Program-made: the position numbers and the translations under genes | The notes under the pieces: generated by a model | Seen by the model: the letters and a program-made list of their open reading frames with translations, nothing else | Databases searched by the model: none | Told to the model about the DNA's origin: nothing | Shown: positions 25,236 through 39,464 of the stretch, in pieces | Layout: every line of letters begins with the position of its first letter | Numbering within the stretch: the first letter of the stretch is position 1 | NCBI GenBank assembly: GCA_032718475.1 | Contig: JAUCBJ010005264.1 | Coordinates: forward strand, 1 to 64,000 | Reading direction: 5' to 3' | Length of the DNA: 64,000 bases | DNA from: Nemertoderma westbladi | Taxonomy: Eukaryota; Animalia; Xenacoelomorpha

Positions 25236-25626
25236 CCACTTCGAAATCCTTTACTATTCCCACACAACGGTAACGGTATATCGTATTTATCCAATAATTG
25301 CGCCAATCGCATTTCCGTTCGATGTGGTGACGTCATCGCGAGAAGTGATCCAGGACTGACGTCACTGATATCAGCAATGACGTCATTAATATTAGTGATA
25401 ACTTCATTGATTCCTGTTATTATTCGGCCACCTATACGGGTCGGGAAGGCTTTGGAGATTCTGGGCTGCAGCTTTTGGTTTAGTGTTTGGGTTTCTGGGT
25501 GGGGTTTCACTTTACGCCGGTAGAGGCGCTTCGTTTTCGCGACGTCTTTTTCACTTCCGTTTGTAATTCCAGAAGCAGCCGACCCGCCCGCAGCTGATTG
25601 ACTTATAAGATTCTTCTTAGTCGCAC
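25236..25626 (-). CDS. Internal coding exon of an unidentified minus-strand gene
   Basis: Acceptor TTTCTCCCAG|GT, donor GG|GTGAGT. Fully open frame ATKKNLISQSAAGG...MTSPHRTEMRLAQLLDKYDIPLPLCGNSKGFRS. Phase-compatible with the exon at 37017-37194. Confidence 0.65.
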
Positions 25627-25669
25627 CTGGGAGAAATATCGTTTAAGTTGTTCCACTAAAACTATGTGA

Positions 25670-28600
25670 ATAAAGATAGTGATATAAAGTAGTGTAGTTT
25701 ATAGGACTATTATTATATAAATTAGTGTAGTTTTAGTTTAAAGGAATATAATCATATAGAGTAGTGTAGTTTATAGGACTATTATTATATAAATTAGTGT
25801 AGTTTTAGTTTAAAGGAATATAATCATATAGAGTTGTGTAGTTTATAGGACTATTATCATATAGAGTAGTGTACTTTATAGGACTATAATCAGATAAAGT
25901 AGTGTAGTTTATAGGACTATAATCATATTGAGTTGTGTAGTTTATAGGACTATAATCATATAAAGTAGTGTAGTTTATAGGAATATAATCATATAAAGTA
26001 ATGTAGTTTATAGGACTATTATCATATAAATTAGTGTAGTTTTAGTTTATAGGACTATAATCATATAGAGTTGTGTAGTTTATAGGACTATATTCATATA
26101 AAGTAGTGTAGTTTATAGGACTATAATCATATAAAGTAATGTAGTTTATAGGACTATTATCATATAGAGTAGTGTACTTTATAGGACTATAATCAGATAA
26201 AGTAGTGTAGTTTATAGGACTATAATCATATTGAGTTGTGTAGTTTATAGGACTATAATCATATAAAGTAGTGTAGTTTATAGGAATATAATCATATAAA
26301 GTAATGTAGTTTATAGGACTATTATCATATAAATTAGTGTAGTTTTAGTTTATAGGACTATAATCATATATAGTAGTGTAGTTTATAGGACTATTATCAT
26401 ATAAAGTAGTGTAGTTTATAGGACTATAATCATATAAAGTAATGTAGTTTATAGGACTATTATCATATAAATTAGTGTAGTTTTAGTTTATAGGACTATA
26501 ATCATATAGAGTAGTGTAGTTTATAGGACTATAATCATATAGAGTAGTGTACTTTATAGGACTTTTATCATATAAATTAGTGTAGTTTTAGTTTATAGGA
26601 CTATAATCATATAGAGTTGTGTAGTTTATAGGAATATAATCATATAAAGTAGTGTAGTTTATAGGAATATAATCATATAAAGTAATGTAGTTTATAGGAC
26701 TATTATCATATAAATTAGTGTAGTTTTAGTTTATAGGACTATAATCATATAGAGTTGTGTAGTTTATAGGAATATAATCATATAAAGTAATGTAGTTTAT
26801 AGGAATATAATCATATAAAGTAATGTAGTTTATAGGACTATTATCATATAAATTAGTGTAGTTTTAGTTTATAGGACTATAATCATATAGAGTTGTGTAG
26901 TTTATAGGACTATAATCATATAGAGTTGTGTAGTTTATAGGAATATAATCATATAAAGTAATGTAGTTTATAGGACTATTATCATATAAATTAGTGTAGT
27001 TTTAGTTTATAGGACTATAATCATATAGAGTAGTGTAGTTTATAGGACTATAATCATATAGAGTAGTGTAGTTTATAGGACTTTTATCATATAAATTAGT
27101 GTAGTTTTAGTTTATAGGACTATAATCATATAGAGTTGTGTAGTTTATAGGAATATAATCATATAAAGTAATGTAGTTTATAGGACTATTATCATATAAA
27201 TTAGTGTAGTTTTAGTTTATAGGACTATAATCATATAGAGTTGTGTAGTTTATAGGACTATAATCATATAGAGTAGTGTAGTTTATAGGACTATAATCAT
27301 ATAAAGTAGTGTAGTTTATAGGACTATAATCATATAAAGTAGTGTAGTTTTTAGGACTATAATCCTATAAAGTAGTGTAGTTTATAGGACCGTAATCATA
27401 TAAAGTATGTAGTTTATATGACTATAATCATATAAAGTAGTGCAGTTTATAGGACTATTATCATATAGAGCAGTGTACTTTATAGGACTACAATCATATA
27501 AAGTAGTGTAGTTTATAGGACTATAATCATAAAAAGTAGTGTAGTGTATATGACTATAATCATATAAAGTAGTCTAGTTTATAGGACTATAATCATATAG
27601 AGTAGTGTACTTTATAGGACTATAATCATATAAATCAGTGTAGTTTATAGGACTATAATCCTATAAAGTAGTGTAGTTTATAGGACCGTAATCATATAAA
27701 GTATGTAGTTTATATGACTATAATCATATAAAGTAGTGTAGTTTATAGGACTATTATCATATAGAGCAGTGTACTTTATAGGACTATAATCATATAAAGT
27801 AGTGTAGTTTATAGGACTATAATCATATAAAGTAGTGTAGTTTATATGACTATAATCATATAAATCAGTGTATTTTTTAGGACTATAATCCTATAAAGTA
27901 GTGTAGTTTATAGGAACGTAATCATATAAAGTATGTAGTTTATATGACTATAATCATATAAAGTAGTGTAGTTTATAGGACTATTATCATATAGAGCAGT
28001 GTACTTTATAGGACTATAATCATATAAAGTAGTGTAGTTTATAGGACTATAATCATATAAAGTAGTGTAGTTTACATGACTGTAATCATATAAAATAGTC
28101 TAGTTTATAGGACTATAATCATATAGAGTAGTGTACTTTATAGGACTATAATCATATAAATCAGTGTAGTTTATAGGACTATAATCCTATAAAGTAGTGT
28201 AGTTTATAGGACCGTAATCATATAAAGTATGTAGTTATTATGACTATAATCATATAACGTAGTGTAGTTTATTGGACTATAATCATATAGAGTAGTGTAG
28301 TTTATAAGACTATTATCATATAAATTAGTGTAGTTTTAGTTTATAGGACTATAATCGTATAGAGCAGTGTAGTTTATAGGACAGTTATAGAGGACTATTA
28401 TCATATAAAATAGTGTAGTTTTAGTTTATAGGACTATAATCATATAGAGTAGTGTAGTTTATAGGACAGTTATAGAGGACTATTATCATATAAAATAGTG
28501 TAGTTTTAGTTTATAGGACTATAATCATATAGAGTAGTGTAGTTTATAGGACTATAATCATATAAGGTAGTGTAGTTTATAGGACTATAATCATATAAAG

Positions 28601-29146
28601 TAGTGTAGTTTATAGGACTATTATCATATAGAGTAGTGTACTTTATAGGACTATAATCATATAAATCAGTGTAGTTTATAGGACTATAATCCTATAAAGT
28701 AGTGTAGTTTATAGGACCGTAATCATATAAAGTATGTAGTTTATATGACTATAATCATATAGAGTAGTGTAGTTTATAGGACTATAATCATATAAGGTAG
28801 TGTAGTTTATTGGACTATAATCATATAGAGTAGTGTAGTTTATAGGACTTTTATCATATAAATTAGTGTAGTTTTAGTTTATAGGACTATAATCATATAG
28901 AGCAGTGTAGTTTATAGGACAGTTATAGAGGACTATTATCATATAAAATAGTGTAGTTTTAGTTTATAGGACTATAATCATATAGAGTAGTGTAGTTTAT
29001 AGGACTATAATCATATAAGGTAGTGTAGTTTATAGGACTATAATCATATAAAGTAGTGTAGTTTATAAGACTATAATAATATAGAGTAGTGTAGTTTATA
29101 GGACTATAATCATATAGAGTAGTGTAGTTTATAGGACTATAATCAT
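25670..29146. repeat. 33-bp satellite (TTTATAGGACTATAATCATATAGAGTAGTGTAG)n, left block
   Basis: Direct periodicity, including 38-bp variants carrying an extra TTTAG. Confidence 0.97.
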
Positions 29147-29260
29147 TAGAGATGTGCCGCATTGACCTTTTTCAAACCGGCCAGGCCGGAACCGGAGCCG
29201 GATTTGTAAAAAAAATCCGGCCGGAATTCCAGCCAAAGCCGGATTATTAGTCAGCTCAGC
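29147..29260 (+). mobile_element. Left end of a hAT-like non-autonomous element
   Basis: TAGAGATGTGCCG terminus followed by GCCGGA subterminal repeats. A related right end, CCGGCCGGAAC...TACATCCCTA, occurs at 52260-52297. Confidence 0.55.
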
Positions 29261-29450
29261 ATGTCGATGGTAGATAGTCATAATATGATAGCTCTGCTTT
29301 AGACTTTATCACAATTCATAATATGTGTGACGGGGTGTGTTGCTTTTGGGTTACACGCGTCGTAGCGTCCATAGGCTGCTGAAAGGCTGAATGGTATCCG
29401 AAGGCCAAAAGCCGGTTGAACAACTGAGTTTTAGTGGCAGTTGTTCGTAA

Positions 29451-32400
29451 TGTCAGAATATAATAATAGCACAATCAGAATATAATAGCACAGTTAATGA
29501 CGACGGTTAAAACCGTCTTGCTTCCCAACTCTACACAGACTAACTGAATAATAAGTTATAAGTGTAACAGTTATATTACTAGCACATATTGAAAATTCCT
29601 ACTGCTCTACGTGGCCTAGCCAATGAATGCACTCCAATCAGATGGTATTCTGTCCCATCATTGGCTATCCTATTAATCTCTCCATTGGCACTCCCTGCTG
29701 CCATTATCCCTACGTGCTAGCCACTTTGTCTCCTTGAGATGGTTTATTGCCTCTCATCTCTCTGCCAACGTTTCGTACGAATATTCCCCTTTATGTGCCA
29801 ATTTGCCCCTGATTCTTCAGTGCTGTGTTCACTACCCAACCTCAACTAACAGGCTATAACTCTATCTACTACTCAACTACTATGTAAGTAATTCATCACT
29901 ATTTGTCTACAGAGAAGACTAGCTACAATTTTCTTACTCTTGTACTAGCTTCCTACCATACAACTTTCTGGCCATGTAGCAATACTCTCTGCACCACGGG
30001 CTATGCGCTACAGTAGTCTAGTTCGTGTGGTCTACATGGTCTATTCTACTACGCCTACATACCCCCTTCAAATGTTGGAACATTGTGCCCATCAGATGTA
30101 CGCAATGTATACCCTTCCAATCATGTCTATGGTACCATGTACCCTTCTAATATGGTATGCATACATACATACCCCCCTCAACTCCTCACGTGGCGCCCTA
30201 AGTGCCCACAGTAGTACGTATTACGTGTTATTATTGGTCCCATTGACCCGGCATGTGGTGCGTATGTAAACTAGGTACATTGGCACATTTTGTACCCGTC
30301 CAATGTACGTAATTGTAACTACCTACACCTAAATATTATGTACGTTGGTACGTCCATACCCATCAGACGTACATAATGTCTACCTAAAGTGTACCATGGT
30401 ACTACAACTTATTTATTTTTAATTTTTATTGTTTTGTGTGTGAAGGGCGTCTCGCTCTCATTCCCACCCCCCTCAGTCCAATATATTGGACGACTCAACT
30501 AATTAGGGCGATTTCCTCCAATAGGCAACACTTCCCTACCGCCCTCCTGTAGGTCTTCCTATCTTTGGCCCCTATTTTACCTCCGATCCTCACCTCCACG
30601 GATCTAATCCTTACATCCTCGCCGGGGTAGCAATCAATACTAGAATGCCTCCTGCTGTTATATAAATCTTCATCCTGGAGATTGGCCATTTCTTCATAAA
30701 ATCCCTCTTTTGGTAGTTGATTGCAACTCTTGGTTCTCTTCTTATTGGTAGGTTTCATATCCACATCTGGCCCACTGACATCACATCTTGCCATATGACC
30801 CCTCACTGCCCCCCCCCCTTTTCTTCTGTCTCAGGTCTAACCTTCCCGCTGTCTCATAGAATTCGCCATTGTCTTTTAGCGGCAGAATGCCACCCTTCAT
30901 CTCATCGTCACTTGTACATTCCACCTCTGCTGGCCTCCCCCTCAATATATGCGCTGGCATTAAAGCCCCCGATGACCCTTGGTCATCATTCGGTACGCAA
31001 AATGGTTTAACATGTAATGCCCCCTCGCACTCTGCCAGCCCCATGTTCAACACGTCACCTCTAACTTTCCCGTTCCCATCACCCTTCATCTTCAACTTCT
31101 CTCCCTTTGGATCAATCCTCTTACATCCTCTCCCTTTCCATCTTGTCTTCTTATTCGACCTCCTCAGTATCAGTATGCTTCTTAATTTGACTGGCGTCTC
31201 TTCCGGACATCTCTCAGATATCTCGCCATCCACTCTTCTCCATCCTCATACAGATACTCGCCAGGAACATCCGTGTTCCATCCCATTGCTTCTAGGTCCT
31301 GTGCATCGAACCCATTCTCCTCCACCCAATCTCTTGCTGTAGCTCCTCCTCCTGGCTCCTCGATCGGTGGTATTTCTCTGGACTCATCCCCCACCCTTGC
31401 CATTATGTGTGGTTTCAGATCCATACCCGTCCTCGACTCCTGGAATCCTACCCTGGGCTGCTTCTCATATGGGACCTCCCCATATCCCGTCTTTGACTTC
31501 TGCTCGGGCCACTTCCCATATGGGACCTCCCCATCGCCCGTCTTTGGCTTCTGCTCTATGTCCTCAATGGTACTGGACAGCATGTATCCAGATGTTTCGG
31601 ATACGCTAAATGGGGTCCTAGTCTTTATTGGGCCACTGAGCGTCCACCCGAATGGCATGAGAATGGCCACCGGGTCTTGCTTTATGTCATCGCCGAAAAT
31701 GGTTTGTAGTCTCTCATGGGCCGTCGGACAGTCCATGCTGACTATGAGAGACACTTTCGGGACATCTAGTTCGGGTATGGAAAAGTCGATGCCGTCCAGG
31801 TACCGGTATTGCTAGATCTCGATTTTTGTAGGTCGCCTAGCGTTGATGTTGATCGACTCTATTATTTGGATGGGTTTGATGGTAGCCCCATAGTCGCACC
31901 CTGGTGTTATTGCTCCACTTTTACACTGCCCCGTCCTCATCTTCATGACCTCGTTTTTACGTGAGATCGTGGTCACTGCCATTTTACTTGGCCTGGTTTG
32001 TAATCCTATCTTCTCGGCCACCCAACTCTCCATTAGCAGGAACGCTGCTCCACTATCGACCAACATTAGTGTTGTAACCGATAGTCCGTTTTCCCTAATT
32101 ATTCTCACTGGTACTACTCCGAGTAGTACCGTTCTCTTCCTCCTTGCTCCCATGGTGCTCGTCGCCATCGTCTGGCCTCCAGTTCCATCAGTCTCGGCAT
32201 ACCTGATCGGTGGTTCTTGACATTCATCCTTCCTGTGTCCTCCTACCGCGCATCGGTGACATTGTCCATTCTTTCCAGTATAGGCTATCCAATCTTGTTT
32301 AAGTAATGCCTGCCAATGCTTACAGTCTATGGTCTTATAGGTCCCATTTCTATGCAATTGACATTTGTAATCAGGGTTGTAGCGTTCCTCATATAGCGCA

Positions 32401-33100
32401 TCGCGTATTGCGCTTAGATTCATATCTAGTGGTTTAGTGTTTTGGTTGCTTGGACTCGGCCTACTGGGGGTATTGGGTTTGTATCTATTGGTGTTGTTGC
32501 TTTGTTTCTGTCCCTGCCACGATGTGGCTCTACTCCCATCTCTCTGTGGACTTGTAGTCCCCTGCGTGGCCGCATGCGGTAGCGACTGCCTCACTTTCAG
32601 AAATGCATCCGCCGCACTATGTTACGGTTTAGGTCAGCTGCATTCCGCTTTCGGTACTTTGCCTAGACTGTCCTCACTATAGACTAGATCCGTTATCAAC
32701 TCTGCCTTGTTGTTAAGGAAGTTCGACATATCCTCCAACCCTGGCTCCACACCCTTCTTCTCCCGAGTTGAGAAAGCGATCTTTCTCCATTTGTTCTTTA
32801 ACCAAATCGGTAGTGCCTGCACTATGATTGTGATGTTGTTCGATGCATTGAGTTCGTACGGTGCATCTAGAGTCTTTAAGACTATCAGCGCCTTCTCCAC
32901 CTTGTTGGCGAAGGTCTTGATGCTAACAGGGTTATCTGCAAGTCCGCCTGATGTTATTCCCCTTAAGGTTTGTCGGATAATCTTCGCAGGATGGCCAAAT
33001 TCCCTGTCCAGGGCTCTCCACGCAGTTGTAAATCCTCCTTCAATTCCTTAGTATTGCCTCATGATGTCGTAGGCTGGCCCCCATGTATAGACTTGTAGAT
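29451..33100 (-). mobile_element. Internally deleted, degenerate BEL/Pao LTR retrotransposon
   Basis: Gag-like IVQALPIWLKNKW...LEDMSNFL, Zn knuckles (CHRCAVGGHRKDEC), protease LVDSGA, PFGWTLSGP, late integrase LAECEGALHVKPF...LMPAHILRG, and C-terminal YPGED..IRSVEV...YRRAVGKCCLL. Polypurine tract GAGGGGGGTGGGAA (30474-30461) followed by TG of the 3' LTR. No RT or RNase H seen. The distal LTR boundary is uncertain. Confidence 0.85.
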
Positions 33101-36100
33101 ATTAGTTTATATGACTATAATCATATAGAGTAGTGTAGTTTATATGACTATAATCATATAAAGTAGTGTAGTTAATAGGACTATAATCATATAAAGTAGT
33201 GTAGTTTATATGACTATAATCATATAAAGTAGTGTAGTTTATATGACTATAATCATATAGAGTAGTGTAGTTAATAGGACTATAATCATATAAAGTAGTG
33301 TAGTTTATATGACTATAATCATATAAAGTAGTGTGGTTAATAGGACTATAATCATGTAAAGTAGTGTAGTTTATAGGACTATAATCATATAAAGTAGTGT
33401 AGTTTATAGGACTATTATCATATAGAGTAGTGTACTTTATAGGACTATAATCATATAGAGTAGTGTAGTTCATAGGACTATAATCATGTAAAGTACCGGT
33501 AGTGTAGTTTATAGGACTATAATCATATAGAGTAGTGTACTTTATAGGACTATAATCATATAGAGTTGTGTAGTTTATAGGACTATAATCATATAGAGTA
33601 GTGTAGTTAATAGGACTATAATCATATAAAGTAGTGTAGTTTATATGACTATAATCATATAAAGTAGTGTAGTTTATAGGACTATTATCATATAGAGTAG
33701 TGTACTTTATAGGACTATAATCATATAGAGTAGTGTAGTTCATAGGACTATAATCATGTAAAGTACCGGTAGTGTAGTTTATAGGACTATAATCATATAG
33801 AGTAGTGTACTTTATAGGACTATAATCATATAGAGTAGTGTAGTTAATAGGACTATAATCATATAAAGTAGTGTAGTTTATATGACTATAATCATATAAA
33901 GTAGTGTAGTTAATAGGACTATAATCATGTAAAGTAGTGTAGTTTATAGGACTATAATCATATAAAGTAGTGTAGTTTATAGGACTATTATCATATAGAG
34001 TAGTGTACTTTATAGGACTATAATCATATAGAGTAGTGTAGTTCATAGGACTATAATCATGTAAAGTACCGGTAGTGTAGTTCATAGGACTATAATCATG
34101 TAAAGTACCGGTAGTGTAGTTTATAGGACTATAATCATATAGAGTAGTGTAGTTTATAGGACTATAATCATATAGAGTTGTGTAGTTTATAGGACTATAA
34201 TCATATAGAGTTGTGTAGTTTATAGGACTATAATCATATAAAGTAGTGTAGTTTATAGGACTATAATCATATAGAGTAGTGTAGTTTATAGGACTATAGT
34301 CATGTAAAGTAGTGTAGTTTATTGGACTATAATCATATAGAGTTGTGTAGTTTATAGGACTATAATCATATAAAGTAGTGTAGTTTATAGGACTATAATC
34401 ATATAGAGTAGTGTAGTTTATAGGACTATAGTCATGTAAAGTAGTGTAGTTTATTGGACTATAATCATATAAAGTAGTGTAGTTTATAGGACTATTATCA
34501 TATAGAGTAGTGTACTTTATAGGACTATAATCATATAGAGTAGTGTAGTTCATAGGACTATAATCATATAGAGTAGTGTACTTTATAGGACTATAATCAT
34601 ATAAAGTAGTGTAGTTTATAGGACTATAATCATATAAAGTAGTGTAGTTTATAGGACTATAATCATATAGAGTAGTGTAGTTTGTAGGACTATAATCATG
34701 TAAAGTAGTGTAGTTTATAGGACTATTATTATATAAATTAGTGTAGTTTTAGTTTATAGGACTATAATCATATAGAGTAGTGTAGTTCATAGGACTATAA
34801 TCATGTAAAGTAGTGTAGTTTATAGGACTATAATCATATAAAGTAGTGTAGTTTATAGGACTATAATCATAAAAAGTAGTGTAGTTCATAGGACTATAAT
34901 CATGTAAAGTAGTGTAGTTTATAGGACTATAATCATATAAAGTAGTGTAGTTTATAGGACTATAATCATAAAAAGTAGTGTAGTTCATAGGACTATAATC
35001 ATATAAAGTAGTGTAATTTATAGGACTATAATCATATAGAGTAGTGTACTTTATAGGACTATAATCATATAAAGTAGTGTAGTTTATAGGACTATAATCA
35101 TATAAAGTAGTGTAGTTTATAGGACTATAATCATATAGAGTAGTGTAGTTTGTAGGACTATAATCATGTAAAGTAGTGTAGTTTATAGGACTATTATTAT
35201 ATAAATTAGTGTAGTTTTAGTTTATAGGACTATAATCATATAGAGTAGTGTAGTTTATAGGACTATAATCATATAAATCAGTGTAGTTCATAGGACTATA
35301 ATCATGTAAAGTAGTGTAGTTTATAGGAATATAATCATATAAAGTAGTGTAGTTTATAGGACTATAATCATAAAAAGTAGTGTAGTTCATAGGACTATTA
35401 TTATATAAATTAGTGTAGTTTTAGTTTATAGGACTATAATCATATAGAGTAGTGTAGTTTATAGGACTATAATCATATAAATCAGTGTAGTTCATAGGAC
35501 TATAATCATGTAAAGTAGTGTAGTTTATAGGACTATTATTATATAAATTAGTGTAGTTTTAGTTTATAGGACTATAATCATATAGAGTAGTGTAGTTCAT
35601 AGGACTATAATCATGTAAAGTAGTGTAGTTTATAGGAATATAATCATATAAAGTAGTGTAGTTTATAGGACTATAATCATAAAAAGTAGTGTAGTTCATA
35701 GGACTATTATTATATAAATTAGTGTAGTTTTAGTTTATAGGACTATAATCATATAGAGTAGTGTAGTTTATAGGACTATAATCATATAAATCAGTGTAGT
35801 TCATAGGACTATAATCATGTAAAGTAGTGTAGTTTATAGGACTATTATTATATAAATTAGTGTAGTTTTAGTTTATAGGACTATAATCATATAGAGTAGT
35901 GTAGTTCATAGGACTATAATCATGTAAAGTAGTGTAGTTTATAGGACTATAATCATATAAAGTAGTGTAGTTTATAGGACTATAATCATAAAAAGTAGTG
36001 TAGTTTATAGGAATATAATCATATAAAGTAGTGTAGTTTATATGACTATAATCATATAAAGTAGTGTAGTTAATAGGACTATAATCATGTAAAGTAGTGT

Positions 36101-36880
36101 AGTTTATAGGACTATAATCATGTAAAGTACCGGTAGTGTAGTTTATAGGACTATAATCATATAGAGTAGTGTACTTTATAGGACTATAATCATATAAAGT
36201 AGTGTAGTTTATAGGACTATAATCATATAGAGTAGTGTAGTTTATAGGACTATAGTCATGTAAAGTAGTGTAGTTTATTGGACTATAATCATATAAAGTA
36301 GTGTAGTTTATAGGACTATTATCATATAGAGTAGTGTACTTTATAGGACTATAATCATATAGAGTAGTGTAGTTCATAGGACTATAATCATATAGAGTAG
36401 TGTACTTTATAGGACTATAATCATATAAAGTAGTGTAGTTTATAGGACTATAATCATATAAAGTAGTGTAGTTTATAGGACTATAATCATATAGAGTAGT
36501 GTAGTTTGTAGGACTATAATCATGTAAAGTAGTTTAGTTTATAGGACTATTATTATATAAATTAGTGTAGTTTTAGTTTATAGGACTATAATCATATAGA
36601 GTAGTGTAGTTTGTAGGACTATAATCATGTAAAGTAGTGTAGTTTATAGGACTATTATTATATAAATTAGTGTAGTTTTAGTTTATAGGACTATAATCAT
36701 ATAGAGTAGTGTAGTTTATAGGACTATAATCATATAAAGTAGTGTAATTTATAGGACTATAATCATATAGAGTAGTGTAGTTTGTAGGACTATAATCATG
36801 TAAAGTAGTGTAGTTTATATGACTATAATCATATAAAGTAGTGTAGTTTATAGGACTATAATCATATATAGTTGTGTATC
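33101..36880. repeat. 33-bp satellite, right block (same family as 25670-29146)
   Basis: Same unit, with block-specific variants (CATGTAAAG, GTTCATAGG, TACCGG insertion). Confidence 0.97.
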
Positions 36881-37016
36881 TTCAGGAATTAAAACAGAAA
36901 CCTCAAAACTGATTCATTTTTTAAATATAAAATATATATATGATCCCAAACCCCATTGAGTTTGTATTTATATTAATTATTGATTAATTAATTATATGAT
37001 ATGTAATTATTCTAAC

Positions 37017-37194
37017 GTCTATCTCGTTTTTTATTCTTCTTGGAATCCGGTAAAGTTTCCAGGATTTCGGCGAGGTTTACGTCTACCGACTGCAGGACAT
37101 CGCTACGCTCGTCCACCACCCCAGTGGGATTCTTGGTTAGGAACCTGAGGGAGTCGCAGGTCTCCGAACTCCGCGGAATATCTTCACCAGGTTT
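37017..37194 (-). CDS. Coding exon of the unidentified minus-strand gene
   Basis: Acceptor TTACTTAACTCGATAG, donor C|GTTAGA. GC-rich island with open frame ...LRFLTKNPTGVVDERSDVLQSVDVNLAEILETLPDSKKNKKRDR, joining 25626 in phase 1. Confidence 0.55.
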
Positions 37195-37982
37195 CTATCG
37201 AGTTAAGTAAAGTAATTTACAGGATATTATAAAGTGATTCTTTGGAACGATTAAGAAGAAGACGTAGAGATGTGACTTATTTATTCGTGTTGGTTGACTG
37301 CCCGTCCCTAAGGTGACTGATCTGATATACTGTGGGCTTAGTTCTGTATATTGTTACGAGATCGAATTACATGTTCCCCTAAGCTTTTATGAGTTGTAGG
37401 TTTGTAGAATAGGAACAGCGGGGATTATTTATATATATATTTGACGTTTGACTTGGCACAGTGAATGCAACCCTGGGAGTAAGTGAGTAACTAATTATTG
37501 TAACTAACCTTATTAGTTTGGGCGTTATTGCTATTTGGATTCCCGTTATAACAACATCTGTACTGCCCATAAACTACATGTGAGTCCCAAAGTGTCAACG
37601 TTTGATCTCTTTCGTTGCAAATAATGGGATCACCTATTAATTATATTATATGGGTAATATCAATTAAACCTTCAAATTAATTATGTTTAGAATATTAACA
37701 CGCTATGATAAATGAAGAAAGCTGCTTGTACTGTTAGTTGATTGCAGCCATTGCTTGTGTTTTATTTCCATAATGTTTTGATTTTAATGAGGGAATAAAT
37801 ATAATTGTTGATACTCTAAAATCGCCCTCGATGGTCTGGATTGGATGGGTACCCAGCAAACTTAATGTATGATACTGCAGCTCGGTTTGTTTATGTTTCA
37901 CCTTATGAAGAATTTAATAAATTCGAAACATTTTTTTTTATTTTTCATAGGCCTATGCTCCATAACTCAATGATATACTTAC

Positions 37983-38014
37983 CTTGCAAAGACCAAAGAA
38001 TGCAGGGCAGACAT
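37983..38014 (-). CDS. Candidate first coding exon (MSALHSLVFA-R) of the minus-strand gene
   Basis: ATG at 38014 and a perfect AG|GTAAGT donor. Joining it to the next exon needs a 1-nt correction (see findings). Confidence 0.4.
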
Positions 38015-38952
38015 TCTAGCTCTGTAGTCTTATATACAGGCATATTGCTTTGGTATTTAGTGTTATAGTTGAATGAGTGCATAGTCTACCACCATGGGGT
38101 AGTCTAGAGGATATCGTCTGTCGCATGCTGACACTGACTATGACATACCGGTACCCATTACCATGTTACCGGTACTACTGTAAAAATAGTATACCTTTAT
38201 TATTACTGCAGAAGGTACTGTAGTACAGGTCGAAATTAATACTAACGAAATACTGAAATAGGCTAACCGCTAGGCTACAGACAGACCAATACTATGCACA
38301 TAATTATTATGTACGCTACGGTAAGTCAATGTAGGCCTACAATTAGTAGCATTGAAACAGTGAAGATTCCCAATTTAAAAAGTAATAACTACAAGCGCAG
38401 TGACTTGCCCTATATTCTGTGTATAGGCCTAGGCCTATGCCTATCTCTACCGTACGGTACGCCGGTACCAATAGAGAGTGTTTTCACAATTATTTTTACT
38501 TACGGTTCTAAGTAACACAACCATATTTATTTACTTTCGGTTTGAAGCTACGGTCAGACACTCTGGTACCACAATCCCCGCTTATACATAGTACAGTAGC
38601 AGTAGGCCTACACTATCGTTGATAATGTTATAGTACCTGACAAAACTGAAATTAAACGTTCCTTATGTTCCGCTACGCTACAGTCCGCTTCGCGGACTTC
38701 AGCTGGGCCCCACTCCAGCCCTCTCGCAGGATTTCATTTTGAGGGTGGTTAACCATACTTCCCGACTTTTTATGTGTGATTGTTATTCCTGCATGAACAA
38801 AATACTAAAATAAATTTTAGTTTGCAAAGGCTTTCTTACGTATTTCTTAAATATCAAAGCTTATACTTTATAATATACAGTATAATAGGCGGCTACGGTT
38901 CCGTACTGTATGTATTTCTAGAATTAAAAAAAAGTAAACGAAATGGAGCCCG

Positions 38953-39464
38953 TACGGAGCCCCTAAAGGGACATTTTGAAAAAAGAATTATCTAGAGCGA
39001 TAATTATTAGATAATTATTAAGAGCGTACTAGATAATTATTAAGAGCGTACTAGATAATTATTAAGAGCGTACTAGATAATTATTAAGAGCGTACTAGAT
39101 AATTATTAAGAGCGCTCTTAATAATTATCTAGAGCGCTCTAGCAGTCTAAATAATTATTAAGAGCGCACTAGATAATAATATTTCTGATTTCATTGGTGG
39201 GAATGATTTGGTGGGAAGTTTAAATTGCTTAATCTGGAACTGCTGATTACGAAGCGCTTAATGGAAGGCAATTGTTGCTGATTGCTGAATTCTGCTGTAG
39301 GCCTACTAGTAGTACTCTATTTTAGGGTAGACTTCCTTTCTATAAACCAGGCTTATTTGTTATTTATTATCAAGTACGCTCTAAGTAATTACCTAGTGCG
39401 CTCATAATAATATCTAGAGCGCTCTATAAATTTTTTTTCAAAATGTCCCTTTAGGGGCTCCGTA
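38953..39464. mobile_element. IS3EU-like non-autonomous TIR element with internal 22-bp tandem repeats
   Basis: TIRs TACGGAGCCCCTAAAGGGACATTTTGAAAAAA / TTTTTTCAAAATGTCCCTTTAGGGGCTCCGTA. 6-bp TSD AGCCCG at 38947-38952 and 39465-39470. Confidence 0.8.

Noticed and set aside
24414-25523. 369-aa proline-rich extensin-like ORF
   Set aside because: Product of the C-rich repeat plus the antisense of a minus-strand exon, with a non-ATG start.
33102-36377. NYTTLYDYSPI-repeat ORFs
   Set aside because: Translation of the 33-bp satellite; frames break wherever 38-bp variants occur.
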